Under the pieces are notes generated by a model that saw only the letters and a program-made list of their open reading frames with translations, had not been told where the DNA came from and ran no database searches. The translations under genes and the position numbers were made by a program. A DNA stretch of 64,000 bases from Candidatus Altimarinota bacterium (lineage in GTDB: Bacteria; Patescibacteriota; Gracilibacteria; UBA1369), in the NCBI GenBank assembly GCA_963677745.1, contig OY782391.1, positions 384,001 to 448,000 on the forward strand, written 5' to 3'. How positions within the stretch are numbered: position 1 is the stretch's first letter; each line of letters opens with the position of its first letter. Below, piece after piece: positions 29,675-39,997 of the stretch.

Positions 29675-32155
29675 CTATTCGATGTAGATCTCCCTGGCCT
29701 TGGCTCCATTCACCGGGCCGATGGCGCCTTTTTCCTCCATCATGTCCAGCAGGCGCGCTGCGCGCGCATAACCCACCTTCAGGCGGCGCTGCAACAGCGA
29801 CGCCGAAGCCTTGTGCGATTCCATCACCACCCCCAAAGCCTGCTCGTACATGTCATCACCCAAATCCTCATCGGACAGGTTGGAACGCGGCAATCCCTGC
29901 ACCGAATCAGCGGCAATTTTCGGGGAAATAATATCTTCGTACATCGGCTCTCCGTGCAGTTTTACATTATTAACCACCCGCTCGATCTCCTTGGTGGAAA
30001 CGTAAATTCCCTGGATACGCACCAGTTTGCTGGTACCGCCACCCAGATAAAGCATGTCGCCTTTGCCCAGCAAATCCTCGGCCCCAATCGAATCGATAAT
30101 GGTACGCGAATCAATCTGGCTGGAAACGGCAAAAGCAATTCTGGAAGGTATATTGGCTTTAATTAAACCCGTAATAACGTCCACCGAAGGACGCTGTGTG
30201 GCCACCACCAGATGCATTCCCACGGCACGGGCCATCTGGGCAATGCGGCAAACCGAGGCTTCCACTTCCTTGCCGGTGGACATCATCAGATCGGCCAGCT
30301 CATCAATAATTACCACAACATTGGGCATCTTTTCGGGAATTTCTTCAGGCTCTTTGCGGTCTTCCGGCATCGATAGAAATGTTCCGCCTTCCTCAACTGC
30401 CACATCATCATGAGCCTTTTCCACAGCTTCCTGGAATACCCCGCCGGCCTCATTCTGTTTATCCTTGGCCGCAACCTGTTTCTCCCGCACCATCTCATTG
30501 TATTCGGTAATATTTTTTACCCCGTGATCCGAAAGCATGCGGTAACGTCTGTTCATTTCCGCCACACACCAGCGCAGGGCAATGGCAGCCTTTTCCGGAT
30601 CCTGAATTACCGGCGTGAGCAGATGGGCCAGTCCGTTATAGGCTGTCAGTTCAACGCGTTTGGGATCAATCAGAATCAAACGCAAATCGGAAGGTGAATT
30701 CTGATATAGAAGTGAAATCAAAAAAGTATTTATTCCAACCGACTTGCCAGAACCGGTAGCACCAGCTACCAACAAATGCGGCATAGTGGTCAGATCTCCG
30801 CACATCGGCTTGCCGGCCACATCGCGTCCCAGCGGGAAACGCAGATTGGATTTAATTTCCTTGTATTCGCGGCTTTCCAAAACTTCCCGCAAATGAACAA
30901 TGCTGCGATGCTCATTTGGCACTTCTATTCCCACCAGGCCTTTACCGGGAATGGGAGCCTCGATGCGAATGGCGGTAGCCGCCAGAGCCAATGCCAGATC
31001 GTTTTTCAGAGCGGTAATCTTGGACAGCTTGATTCCTTCGGAAGGCTTGAGTGTATATTGAATAACCGTCGGTCCGACATGAACTTCATGCATAGAAACT
31101 TCGATGCCAAACTGTTCCAGTTTGGCCTGGATCTTATGGGCATTGTCGGCCAGCAGTTCGTCATCCAGAGCTACATCCGGGACAGCCGGAGACAATAAAT
31201 CCATGGCGGGCGGCGACCAGTTGCGGTCAGCCTCGCTCGACCGGGAAGTCAGGGCTTCATCCGTCTCATTTTTTATGGAAATTTTGCGTGTTTTCAGAGG
31301 CGACTGACCGCCGTCATCCGAAGCACCGGCGCTTCCGCCGTCAGACTGGTCATCACCCTGACCCGACCCTCCGGCACCGGAGGAAGAAATCGCCGCCCGC
31401 CTGATTTTCAAAGTTGATCCGCCCTCGGCACTCTCAACAGGCATGGAAAAATCGCTGTCCGGCATCCTTTCAATCTTTCGCATCAGATCTTCTTCCGAAG
31501 ATTCATCTTCATCGTCCAGAACCGCTTCAGCCCTGGCCCCCCGTTTGATCTGCAAATCATCCACCTGATTCAGATAGATTTTAGGCAGACTGGGCTTGAG
31601 CATTTTCATAATAGTGAATAGTGACAGCTGAAAAGTCAGCAGCACACCGGTCAGCAGTAAGACCAGAAACACTGCGCTGGCTCCCATGGTCCCCATTTTC
31701 AAAACTTCCAGAAAGAAAAAGCTGGTCACAAAACCGACATATCCGCCATACTCACCGTTTTTGGCCACGGCATAAATATTTTCCATCGGCACGGATAAAT
31801 GAAGAATGGACAGAACGGCCACCATCATCACCACCACACCCAGAATTCTGGAAAGCGGCAAATCGATGCGACGGGACAAAAAATACATCAGCGAAACCAG
31901 AATCAGCACAAAAGGGAAACCGTATATTCCCCAGCCCAAAATCGGTTTCAAAAATTCCAGCCAGGCCTGGCCGACAATCCCGAAACTGTTATTCAGACTT
32001 AAAATGGTGAACACTCCCAAGCCCAGATAAAACACTCCGTAAATTTCCCTCAAAATCGATTTGGGAACATTGAGAGTGATCGCTGGTTTCGCCCTGCGGC
32101 GGGAGGTCCTTCTGGAGGTATTTCTGGTGGTACTTCTATTTTTCCTTCTGGCCAT
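29675..32155 (-). CDS. ftsK: DNA translocase FtsK/SpoIIIE
   Basis: 4-TM N-terminus, PHLLVAGATGSGKS, IDELADLM, ATQRPS, gamma domain VGYARAARL. Confidence 0.98.
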   Translation of the reverse strand: MARRKNRSTTRNTSRRTSRRRAKPAITLNVPKSILREIYGVFYLGLGVFTILSLNNSFGIVGQAWLEFLKPILGWGIYGFPFVLILVSLMYFLSRRIDLPLSRILGVVVMMVAVLSILHLSVPMENIYAVAKNGEYGGYVGFVTSFFFLEVLKMGTMGASAVFLVLLLTGVLLTFQLSLFTIMKMLKPSLPKIYLNQVDDLQIKRGARAEAVLDDEDESSEEDLMRKIERMPDSDFSMPVESAEGGSTLKIRRAAISSSGAGGSGQGDDQSDGGSAGASDDGGQSPLKTRKISIKNETDEALTSRSSEADRNWSPPAMDLLSPAVPDVALDDELLADNAHKIQAKLEQFGIEVSMHEVHVGPTVIQYTLKPSEGIKLSKITALKNDLALALAATAIRIEAPIPGKGLVGIEVPNEHRSIVHLREVLESREYKEIKSNLRFPLGRDVAGKPMCGDLTTMPHLLVAGATGSGKSVGINTFLISLLYQNSPSDLRLILIDPKRVELTAYNGLAHLLTPVIQDPEKAAIALRWCVAEMNRRYRMLSDHGVKNITEYNEMVREKQVAAKDKQNEAGGVFQEAVEKAHDDVAVEEGGTFLSMPEDRKEPEEIPEKMPNVVVIIDELADLMMSTGKEVEASVCRIAQMARAVGMHLVVATQRPSVDVITGLIKANIPSRIAFAVSSQIDSRTIIDSIGAEDLLGKGDMLYLGGGTSKLVRIQGIYVSTKEIERVVNNVKLHGEPMYEDIISPKIAADSVQGLPRSNLSDEDLGDDMYEQALGVVMESHKASASLLQRRLKVGYARAARLLDMMEEKGAIGPVNGAKAREIYIE

Positions 32156-32270
32156 ATTGAAAAACTATGTAAATTACTGCGCACTAAACTGCGCAGACAG
32201 TATAAACAAATCCTAGTCTTGCGGCAAATCTTCTGCTATATTCGGCACGTTAAAATTTAAGTTCTCTCCC

Positions 32271-33902
32271 ATGACTGTTCGTACACGTTTTGCCCCTTCA
32301 CCAACCGGATATTTGCACATCGGAGGCCTGCGCACCGCCCTTTACAGCTATTTATATGCCAAACAGCAGGGTGGAACATTTGTTCTGCGCATCGAGGACA
32401 CCGACCAAACCCGTTATGTAGAGGGTGCCGTGGAAAAACTGATCAGGGTAATGGAACAGGTCGGACTTTCCTCTGATGAAGGTCCGGAAATCAGCACAAA
32501 ACCAACCAACACTTACAAAGATACCCGCTACGCCCAACTGTCCGAAAAAGGCGACAAAGGCCCCTATATTCAGTCCGAACGCCACGATCTCTACACCAGA
32601 TATGCCAATGAACTGCTGGAAAAAGGCCATGCCTACCACTGCTTTTGCACGCCCGAAGACTTGGACAAAATGAGAGCCGAGCAAACCGCCGCCAAGCTGG
32701 CCCCCATGTATGACCGGCGCTGCCTGAAACTGACCGCCGCGGAAGTTGAGGCAAAACTCAAGTCCGGAACGTCGCATGTGATCCGTCTGAAAATGCCCCG
32801 CGACCGCAAAATAGAATTCAAAGACCATGTCCGCGGCCGGGTTACCTTTATGGGAAATCAGGTTGATGACCAGGTGCTGATCAAATCAGACGGCCTGCCT
32901 ACCTATCATCTGGCCAACGTGGTGGACGATCACCTGATGGAAATTACCCATGTCCTGCGAGCCGAAGAATGGCTGGCCTCCACTCCCAAACACATCGTCA
33001 TGTATGAAGCCTTCGGCTGGCCGGTACCCGAATATGCCCATTTGCCGCTAATCCTCAACGCCGACAAAACCAAACTTTCCAAACGCCAGAACGATGTGTC
33101 GGTGGAGTCCTATCTGGACAAAGGCTATTCCCCCGAAGCCCTGCTCAATTTTGTCGTACTGATGGGCTGGAATCCCGGCAAGGGCAGCGAACAGGAGATT
33201 TTTTCTCTTGATGAAATGATCAAAGCCTTCAGTTTGGAAGGCATCAATAAATCCGGCGCAGTATTTAATCCGGAGAAACTGGATTGGTTCAATCACCTTT
33301 GGCGCAAAATCAGATTCTTTGAAAAACTGGACGCGGAAGCCCAAAAAATCTCTCCGGAAATTGCCATTACCGTCAGCAAACACCACGATCATCTTTATCA
33401 GGTGCCCCAACGTAACGATTTCCACACCCTGCTGGAAAAACGCTCCGCGCTCCTGCTGGAACTCTGCCCGCAGATCAAGACACATCCCCTGTTTGCCGGC
33501 CATGAAAAGAAGTTTTTCCGCTCCCTGATCGTCACTGAAGACAAAATTTTACAAAACCCGGCGGATTGCTGGAATCAGATCGCCTACCTGTTTGAACCGC
33601 CCCAACTGGATCAAAAACTGCTTTTAAACGCCAAAATGGGTGTGGAAAATCAGGAACAAATACAGAAAGCCCTGAACATGGGCAAAGAACTTTTGGAAAA
33701 ACTGGTGCCCAGCCCCGATCTGGAAGAAATCAAAACGCTTTTCCTGGACACTATCAAGGAAAGAGGGCTTAAAAACGGGCAAATACTGTGGCCGCTGCGC
33801 GTCGCGCTAACCCACCAGGAATTCTCGGTAGGTGCGTTCGAAACTATCTGGACTCTGGGAAAAGATGAATCCCTAAAAAGACTTGCCGAAATTGGCTTTT
33901 AA
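32271..33902 (+). CDS. gltX: Glutamate--tRNA ligase
   Basis: RFAPSPTGYLHIGG, RIEDTD, PTYHLANVVDD, KLSKR. Confidence 0.97.
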   Translation: MTVRTRFAPSPTGYLHIGGLRTALYSYLYAKQQGGTFVLRIEDTDQTRYVEGAVEKLIRVMEQVGLSSDEGPEISTKPTNTYKDTRYAQLSEKGDKGPYIQSERHDLYTRYANELLEKGHAYHCFCTPEDLDKMRAEQTAAKLAPMYDRRCLKLTAAEVEAKLKSGTSHVIRLKMPRDRKIEFKDHVRGRVTFMGNQVDDQVLIKSDGLPTYHLANVVDDHLMEITHVLRAEEWLASTPKHIVMYEAFGWPVPEYAHLPLILNADKTKLSKRQNDVSVESYLDKGYSPEALLNFVVLMGWNPGKGSEQEIFSLDEMIKAFSLEGINKSGAVFNPEKLDWFNHLWRKIRFFEKLDAEAQKISPEIAITVSKHHDHLYQVPQRNDFHTLLEKRSALLLELCPQIKTHPLFAGHEKKFFRSLIVTEDKILQNPADCWNQIAYLFEPPQLDQKLLLNAKMGVENQEQIQKALNMGKELLEKLVPSPDLEEIKTLFLDTIKERGLKNGQILWPLRVALTHQEFSVGAFETIWTLGKDESLKRLAEIGF

Positions 33903-33935
33903 AGGCAGAATACTAATCGCAATAAGAGTAAAACC

Positions 33936-34316
33936 ATGAATTTTAGTGAATTGTCACAAATTGTGCGTTACCTGAGAAAGACTCTCCCCTGCGCCAACTG
34001 CAAATCCAATTATGAGGCCCCCAATATTGAGGTGCTCTCCACCTTTGACGATCAGGGATTGTTCAGTCTGGAATGCCCGGGCTGCCACAACCAGGTTCTG
34101 GTTCACATCACGGTCAGTGATGAGGAGAGAAATCTTTCCGAACCCAAAAGCCCCGGCAAACAGATTATCCGTGCCCACCGCTCCATCACCGAAAAAGAAA
34201 TTGATAAACACCTGCTGCAGGGCGCCCAGATTTCTTCCAACGACATCATCGACATGCATCTCTTTCTCAACCAGTTCAACGGAGACTTTAAACAACTCTT
34301 TTCCAAACTAAAATGA
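33936..34316 (+). CDS. Hypothetical zinc-ribbon protein
   Basis: CANC...CPGC; C-terminal ISSNDIIDMHLFLNQFNGDF. Confidence 0.75.
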   Translation: MNFSELSQIVRYLRKTLPCANCKSNYEAPNIEVLSTFDDQGLFSLECPGCHNQVLVHITVSDEERNLSEPKSPGKQIIRAHRSITEKEIDKHLLQGAQISSNDIIDMHLFLNQFNGDFKQLFSKLK

Positions 34317-34651
34317 AAAGCCACCCAATCAGACTCCTCGCCTTACTGCTCCTGCCCGCCGCCATCCTGGCCGGTTGCCAGACCATGCAGCAGTCCGCCC
34401 GCGAATTACGCTCCACCATCGATCAGACCGTCACCAACGTCCAGGACAAAGCCAACACCGTCAAAACCGGGATCGAGGACAAAGTGAATCAGGTGCAGTC
34501 GGGCGTGGAAAAGGTAAAAACCCAAGTTAATCAGACCTCGCAAGCCATCAATGAAAAAGTACTGCAGATTGACGAAGCCGGGCAAAAAATTGATCAAGCC
34601 AAACAGGCGCTGAGCGAAGCCAACCAGGCTGTGAGCAATATCGTTAAATAA
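34313..34651 (+). CDS. Small helical lipoprotein
   Basis: Lipobox LAGC followed by amphipathic repeats. Confidence 0.8.
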   Translation: MKSHPIRLLALLLLPAAILAGCQTMQQSARELRSTIDQTVTNVQDKANTVKTGIEDKVNQVQSGVEKVKTQVNQTSQAINEKVLQIDEAGQKIDQAKQALSEANQAVSNIVK

Positions 34652-34693
34652 ACGGTCGGCCCCCCACATCAAATCACAAAACTCCTTCCATCC

Positions 34694-35890
34694 ATGCTCA
34701 TTCTCGTCATCAATTCCGGATCATCTTCCATTAAATTCCGGATTTTCAGCAAAACGGGAGGCCATTTTCAGTTGCTGGTAAAAGGACTGGCCGAAGCAAT
34801 CGGACTTCCCAACTCCCAGTTGGGTATGGAAAAAAATGATCAGACCAAACTGCTCAAAATCCCGCTTAGAAATCATCTGGAAGCGCTACAAACCATCTTT
34901 ACCTATCTCAAAAAATACCGTTTCCTCGCCCCTGGCGATCATTTCAGCCTGATCGGCCACCGCATCGTCCACGGCGGCGAAAAATACCGGCAACCCGTCA
35001 AAGTCACTCCTAAAATCCTCAAAGATATTGAGGATCTTTCGCGCCTGGCCCCGCTGCACAATCCCGCCCACATTGCCTGCATGAAAGCTTGCATCAAGCT
35101 TTTCCCCAGAGTACCGCAGGTGGCCGCCTTTGACACCTCTTTCCACGCCACCATGCCGGAGACCGCCTACTTATACGCCATCGACCCCCAACTGCACAAA
35201 AAATTCGGCATCCGCCGTTACGGTTTTCACGGCATCAACAATCAGTACGTCACTGCCGAAGCCACCAAAATTCTAAAAACCCTGCGGAAAAAGCATCAAA
35301 AAATGATTTGCGTGCATCTGGGTAACGGCTGCTCCATGACCGCCATCAAAAACGGCCGTTCGATTGAAAACAGCATGGGCTTCACCCCGTTGGAAGGTCT
35401 GATTATGGGCACCAGATCCGGCGATATTGACCCGGCACTGCTGGAAGTATTGAGCAACAGACTAAAGAAGAATCTCCACGACACCACCGAATTTCTGAAC
35501 AAGCAGTCCGGTCTGCTGGCTATGAGCGGAATCAGCTCTGACATGCGCACCATCTGGGCGGCCGTCCAAAAGAATAATCCCCGGGCCACCCAGACTCTGA
35601 ATTCTTTCTGCTATCGCATCGGTAAATATCTGAACGCTTACATCGGTGTACTCGGCGGCGTGGATGCCATAATTTTCACCGGCGGCATAGGCGAAAACGC
35701 CTGGTATGCCAGAGAACGCATCTTTACCTATCTGAAACACCTGGGCATCAGACTGGACGACCAGAAAAACCGGCACGGCGAGACTTTCATCAGCAGCCGC
35801 GGCAGCAAAGCATCCATCATGATGATCCCCGCCAATGAGGAACTGGAAATCGCCCGCCAGGCCACCCAGCTTTTAGCCAAAAAACCATGA
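34694..35890 (+). CDS. ackA: Acetate kinase
   Basis: INSGSSSIKF, GHRIVHGG, APLHNP, RRYGFHG, HLGNG, FTGGIGEN, NEE. Confidence 0.97.
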   Translation: MLILVINSGSSSIKFRIFSKTGGHFQLLVKGLAEAIGLPNSQLGMEKNDQTKLLKIPLRNHLEALQTIFTYLKKYRFLAPGDHFSLIGHRIVHGGEKYRQPVKVTPKILKDIEDLSRLAPLHNPAHIACMKACIKLFPRVPQVAAFDTSFHATMPETAYLYAIDPQLHKKFGIRRYGFHGINNQYVTAEATKILKTLRKKHQKMICVHLGNGCSMTAIKNGRSIENSMGFTPLEGLIMGTRSGDIDPALLEVLSNRLKKNLHDTTEFLNKQSGLLAMSGISSDMRTIWAAVQKNNPRATQTLNSFCYRIGKYLNAYIGVLGGVDAIIFTGGIGENAWYARERIFTYLKHLGIRLDDQKNRHGETFISSRGSKASIMMIPANEELEIARQATQLLAKKP

Positions 35891-37326
35891 AACTCTATCC
35901 CAACACCTCACTCTACAAAGAACTCCTCAAGAGCATCGACCAGATCGACCAGCTTTTGACCGGTAAAACGCCTTCTGTGATCCTGCAGAAACTGGACTCG
36001 GAACTGGTTGACCTTTCTTCCGCCCTAGCTCTGTCCCTGGAGGAAAAAGAAATCGAGCAGGTGGATTACAAATTGTCGCTGCTGGAAGGCAACATCATCA
36101 AAATAATCCAGCTGGCGCATTTGGCCCATCACAAACATCAGATTGCCCTGACCGACCTGGAAAAAATCGAAGAAATTCTTAACCTGCTGCTCCAGAAAAT
36201 CAAAAACTTCCCCCGCAAAAGAAAAAACGTTCTGATCCTCAGTTCCATCATGGGACAAGGCCACATGAGCGCCTCCAAAGCGATTGTCCAGGGCGTGGAA
36301 TTTCTGTACGGCCGTGATTACAACGTCTCCATTATCGACTTCTACGAAGTAATCGGTTCATTGTTCAATAAAGCCACCGTCAAGGCCTATGAGGGCTCCA
36401 CCAAGTACCTGCCGGACGCCTATAAATATTTCTTTGAAGCCACCGATGCCAAATGGCCTGTCAAATTTCTGAACCTGATCAACTACCCTCTCAACGCAGC
36501 GCGCATCGAAAAACTTTTCAAATCCTACAATCCCGATATCATCATTTCCAATTATCCGATCTGGGAATATCTGGCCGAACTGATTATCAAAAAGATGGGA
36601 AACATTAAATTTTTGAGTCTGGTCACCGACTCCATTTCCATCCATAACGCCTGGGCTACAGCCAAGCCGGACGCGCATATCGTGGCCAATTTCGAGACAG
36701 CCATCTCCATGAAAAAACTGGGCGTGCCCGAGGACAAAATTCAAATACTGGGCTTCCCGGTCAAACTAGAATTTTCCACTCCCACCAATCGCACGGAATT
36801 TTTAAAGAGCCTCAACCTGGATCCAAACCAATATACGGTCGTTTTGATTCCGATCACCGAAAAAGCCAAGGCCACCATCAAACAGATTTCGGAAATCCGC
36901 GAAAACTTCAGTAACATCAATCTGATTGTGATTTGCGGCAGAAATGCCGAACTTTATCCCAAACTGGAGGAATTTGACCATCAGCCCAACACCCGCATTA
37001 TCGGCTGGACCGATCAAATGCCCGAATTCATCAAGAATTGCGACCTGGTTGTCACCAAAGCCGGCGGAGCCACCGTAATGGAATGTATCGCCTCCAAAAA
37101 ACCGATGGTGATCACCAATGTCATCCCCGGCCAGGAAATGGGCAATGCCGAACTGATCAAACTTCATGAACTGGGCATTATCCAGAAAGAAGCCAAAATG
37201 AGCATCAACGAATGCGTTGAATACATCCGCAAAAACCACGACCGCATCCTGGAAAACCTCTCCCGCATCAGCAACCCCGACGCCAGCCTGAAAATTGCCA
37301 GGTACATCCACGAGCAAATAAAATAA
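35887..37326 (+). CDS. MGDG-synthase/UgtP-like GT28 glycosyltransferase with extra N-terminal helical domain
   Basis: GQGHMSAS, VTD...HNAW, GFPV, ICGRN, TKAGGAT, PGQExGNA. Confidence 0.88.
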   Translation: MKLYPNTSLYKELLKSIDQIDQLLTGKTPSVILQKLDSELVDLSSALALSLEEKEIEQVDYKLSLLEGNIIKIIQLAHLAHHKHQIALTDLEKIEEILNLLLQKIKNFPRKRKNVLILSSIMGQGHMSASKAIVQGVEFLYGRDYNVSIIDFYEVIGSLFNKATVKAYEGSTKYLPDAYKYFFEATDAKWPVKFLNLINYPLNAARIEKLFKSYNPDIIISNYPIWEYLAELIIKKMGNIKFLSLVTDSISIHNAWATAKPDAHIVANFETAISMKKLGVPEDKIQILGFPVKLEFSTPTNRTEFLKSLNLDPNQYTVVLIPITEKAKATIKQISEIRENFSNINLIVICGRNAELYPKLEEFDHQPNTRIIGWTDQMPEFIKNCDLVVTKAGGATVMECIASKKPMVITNVIPGQEMGNAELIKLHELGIIQKEAKMSINECVEYIRKNHDRILENLSRISNPDASLKIARYIHEQIK

Positions 37327-37350
37327 GTCCTCACTTCCTGAATGAATTGT

Positions 37351-37782
37351 TTATTGGACTTTGATAAACCTCAATTCCCCTACCCCCAATTCTGTTTTAA
37401 ATCTCCCTTTACTGGAAACTTCCAGCAATCTTAAAACCAGATGTGGCATTAAGTTGAATGGCTGAAATAACATTTTTTCAATTAGTCGATAATTCTTTGT
37501 AGGATGATCGAAGTCTGTCCTTTTTTCTGGATCTATAATTTCTTCCATTGAGTAAACAAAATCAGACTCCTCAGCTCTCACTCTTGAACGAATTTCATCA
37601 ATAACATTTCTCACCAGGTCAGGTCTGGGCATATCTGGATAGCCCTTCAGACGAGCAATACGATCTAGCAAATCATCTGCTTCTTCAGTGGAGAAAACCC
37701 ATTTATGATCATTGGCTTCCTTCAATATGGAATTAAGGGGGGCCTTAACATCCCTTTGATAATCAAATTCAAATATCTCCAT
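37351..37782 (-). CDS. Hypothetical protein (143 aa), AT-rich
   Basis: ORF fills the gap; near-consensus promoter upstream. Confidence 0.65.
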   Translation of the reverse strand: MEIFEFDYQRDVKAPLNSILKEANDHKWVFSTEEADDLLDRIARLKGYPDMPRPDLVRNVIDEIRSRVRAEESDFVYSMEEIIDPEKRTDFDHPTKNYRLIEKMLFQPFNLMPHLVLRLLEVSSKGRFKTELGVGELRFIKVQ

Positions 37783-37811
37783 AATCGTTTAGAAGAATAA
37801 AGTTAGAGTGT

Positions 37812-37840
37812 ACTATAGACCACAATCTAACTTTTGTCAA
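37812..37840 (-). promoter_or_regulatory. Sigma70 promoter overlapped by an inverted repeat
   Basis: Minus strand TTGACA-17-TATAGT; AGTTAGA...TCTAACT arms at 37801-37832. Confidence 0.6.
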
Positions 37841-37867
37841 CAAGGTGTACCCCCCTCTAAATCATTA

Positions 37868-39877
37868 TCAAAGCGTTGTCCTGTAGACGGACTTACTGGT
37901 CAGCACATACATCGTATTGGTGTCTTTATCGACATATATATCCTTCAAATCCGTCAGATCATCCAGAATATATTGTCCGGTGTAGACTGCGCCTCCGGTC
38001 CGGTCGTCTTTGTTGTAAACCAGTACACGGCCTTCACCCGGTTCCAGCACAAAGATCTGGGTCATGTCGGCCTCGGTGAATATCTTGGTTGGTGAAATCA
38101 GATTCTTGACCGGCAGTTTCTTGATCGGAAAATCTTCTTTGTTACCCTGGAACAGCTTAGTGATATAGCCGTCCGATCCCAGTACATAGACATTGCCGTC
38201 AATTGCCAAATCAACGCCGTTCTTCAGATCCACGCCATTGGCATAGGGCTGCGCGGCGTCAAACTTATCGCGTCTGCGGGTGTATCTCCAGATCTGGCTG
38301 GCCAGCGGATCCAGGACATAAATCTTGTTGCTGTAGGCATCGATCACTTTGCCTTTCTTGAAACTCTCATCGGTAGTCTGCAAAAAGCTCATGCGGTCAT
38401 CCTTATATTCAATCAGCTTGCCCGATTCTGTGAAAAACAGCACCGAATCAAGATCATCATAATTCACGGCGGAAATGACTTTTTCATTGTCATCAATAGT
38501 CAGCGGATCGGCTACTTTATCCAGCAGAATCGGATAAAGAGCATTATATTCATAGGCAAATAACTTGTCCTTGAGGTTGACCAGCCCCAGGGCGCTCACA
38601 TTGGCGCGTTTCTGGGAAAGATCGGCCATTAATTCCATCTTGGGATGCATCACTCCGTCCAGCTTGTCACGGGTTTCCAGGATCATATCCAGTAAATCGC
38701 GCGCCTTGGACTTGTGATAACCGCTGTTTAGCACCTCAATGGCCTTTTGTTCGGCATCGGTAAGCATTTCTCCGGCTCTATCCTTGTCAAATTGCCCCGT
38801 GGTGATAGCCGAATTGATTTCCTCCCGGATCTGCACCAGATTATTGGCCAAAGTCTGGATTTTCTGATCTTCATCGGCTTTGGAACGCAGCCACCAGACC
38901 CCGAGCGTCAAGACAAACACCAGCAGGATAATCGAAACCAGAATCTTATCCTTGCCCCAGTTGCTGAAAGACCAGGGGTTTCCCGTCCCGCCCCGTTTGC
39001 TTCCCCTGTCCTCTGCACCCAGATCGGAAACTCGCTGCTTTACATTGGAAACGGTCTTCCCGAATAAAGTTTTCAGTTTACCCACCGACAGATTTTCCCG
39101 GGCGGCTTTCCAGTTCAGAGGCTTCCGCTGCGCGGGCACCTCCTCCTCCACTTCCTGAAAGCCCTCTTCGCGGTTATGAGCGTATTCTTCGGACATCACG
39201 ACCTTTTCCGCAGCCCTGGGTTGTCCGGCCTGCATGGCAATCAACCCGATTTTACTGATCACTTCACCGTGCAGAAAATCTTTGATGGTTACAGAGGTAT
39301 GTTGAAGATTGCCTCCCACATGTCTGGCCAGATCGGTTTTGGACACATACCGCAGCAGCCTGGTTGTACTGATCAATACAAAGTCGCCGGGTTCCAGATC
39401 GCCCGAGGCAATATTGGTAAAGATATCTTTGCTTTGTTCATCCTGTAAATCATCACTGATGGTGGTGGTAAGCCGTTTACGCACCAGATAAGCCTCCGCC
39501 TCACCGCATTGAGTCAGATAGAGTTGATTCCCGACCACCGCGGCAATTATCACATTCAGTTTGCCCAGCCAGTCATTGTCTCTTTCCTGTTTATATTCCT
39601 TAAGAGCCCGGTTAACCTCCTTCAGGGCTTCCTCAAAACGTTCGTACCCGTCAACTTCGCTGTCCGCAAAGAATATCCGGCGCATCCGGTCAAAAATAAT
39701 TTCGCCGATTTTATCGGGATCAATGTTGTTTTGGGCAATTTCCAGACAGATAAAAACCTTGCCGCTGTGTTCTCCTCCCTCTCCGAGGTCATAGGCGTAA
39801 TTTTCCACGAAACTGCCTTCATCGCTGCCTACAAATAAAAAATCGTATTGCGTAGTAAACTGCTGCTGGGTAGACAT
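37868..39877 (-). CDS. Membrane protein: degenerate PP2C-like N-domain, one TM, coiled coil, beta-propeller-like C-domain
   Basis: LYLTQCGEAEAYLVR and SGDLEPGDFVLIST (PP2C-like); TM ILVSIILLVFVLTLGVWWL; IYVLD/VYVLG/IFVLE repeats. Confidence 0.7.
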   Translation of the reverse strand: MSTQQQFTTQYDFLFVGSDEGSFVENYAYDLGEGGEHSGKVFICLEIAQNNIDPDKIGEIIFDRMRRIFFADSEVDGYERFEEALKEVNRALKEYKQERDNDWLGKLNVIIAAVVGNQLYLTQCGEAEAYLVRKRLTTTISDDLQDEQSKDIFTNIASGDLEPGDFVLISTTRLLRYVSKTDLARHVGGNLQHTSVTIKDFLHGEVISKIGLIAMQAGQPRAAEKVVMSEEYAHNREEGFQEVEEEVPAQRKPLNWKAARENLSVGKLKTLFGKTVSNVKQRVSDLGAEDRGSKRGGTGNPWSFSNWGKDKILVSIILLVFVLTLGVWWLRSKADEDQKIQTLANNLVQIREEINSAITTGQFDKDRAGEMLTDAEQKAIEVLNSGYHKSKARDLLDMILETRDKLDGVMHPKMELMADLSQKRANVSALGLVNLKDKLFAYEYNALYPILLDKVADPLTIDDNEKVISAVNYDDLDSVLFFTESGKLIEYKDDRMSFLQTTDESFKKGKVIDAYSNKIYVLDPLASQIWRYTRRRDKFDAAQPYANGVDLKNGVDLAIDGNVYVLGSDGYITKLFQGNKEDFPIKKLPVKNLISPTKIFTEADMTQIFVLEPGEGRVLVYNKDDRTGGAVYTGQYILDDLTDLKDIYVDKDTNTMYVLTSKSVYRTTL

Positions 39878-39941
39878 TGGATTTTTTCTTTATTGTTATT
39901 TTTGCTGTTTTGGGCAGCCAGAGTTTAACATAAAAATATAA

Positions 39942-39970
39942 TTGACACAAAATAAACTAAAAGTTATCTT
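39942..39970 (+). promoter_or_regulatory. Sigma70 promoter of the rpmH operon
   Basis: TTGACA-17-TATCTT. Confidence 0.6.
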
Positions 39971-39997
39971 CTGCTGGCCAATTCAACAATATCGACC

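Noticed and set aside
32176-32195. Direct repeat ACTGCGCA x2 upstream of ftsK
   Set aside because: Too short and only two copies; cannot be distinguished from chance
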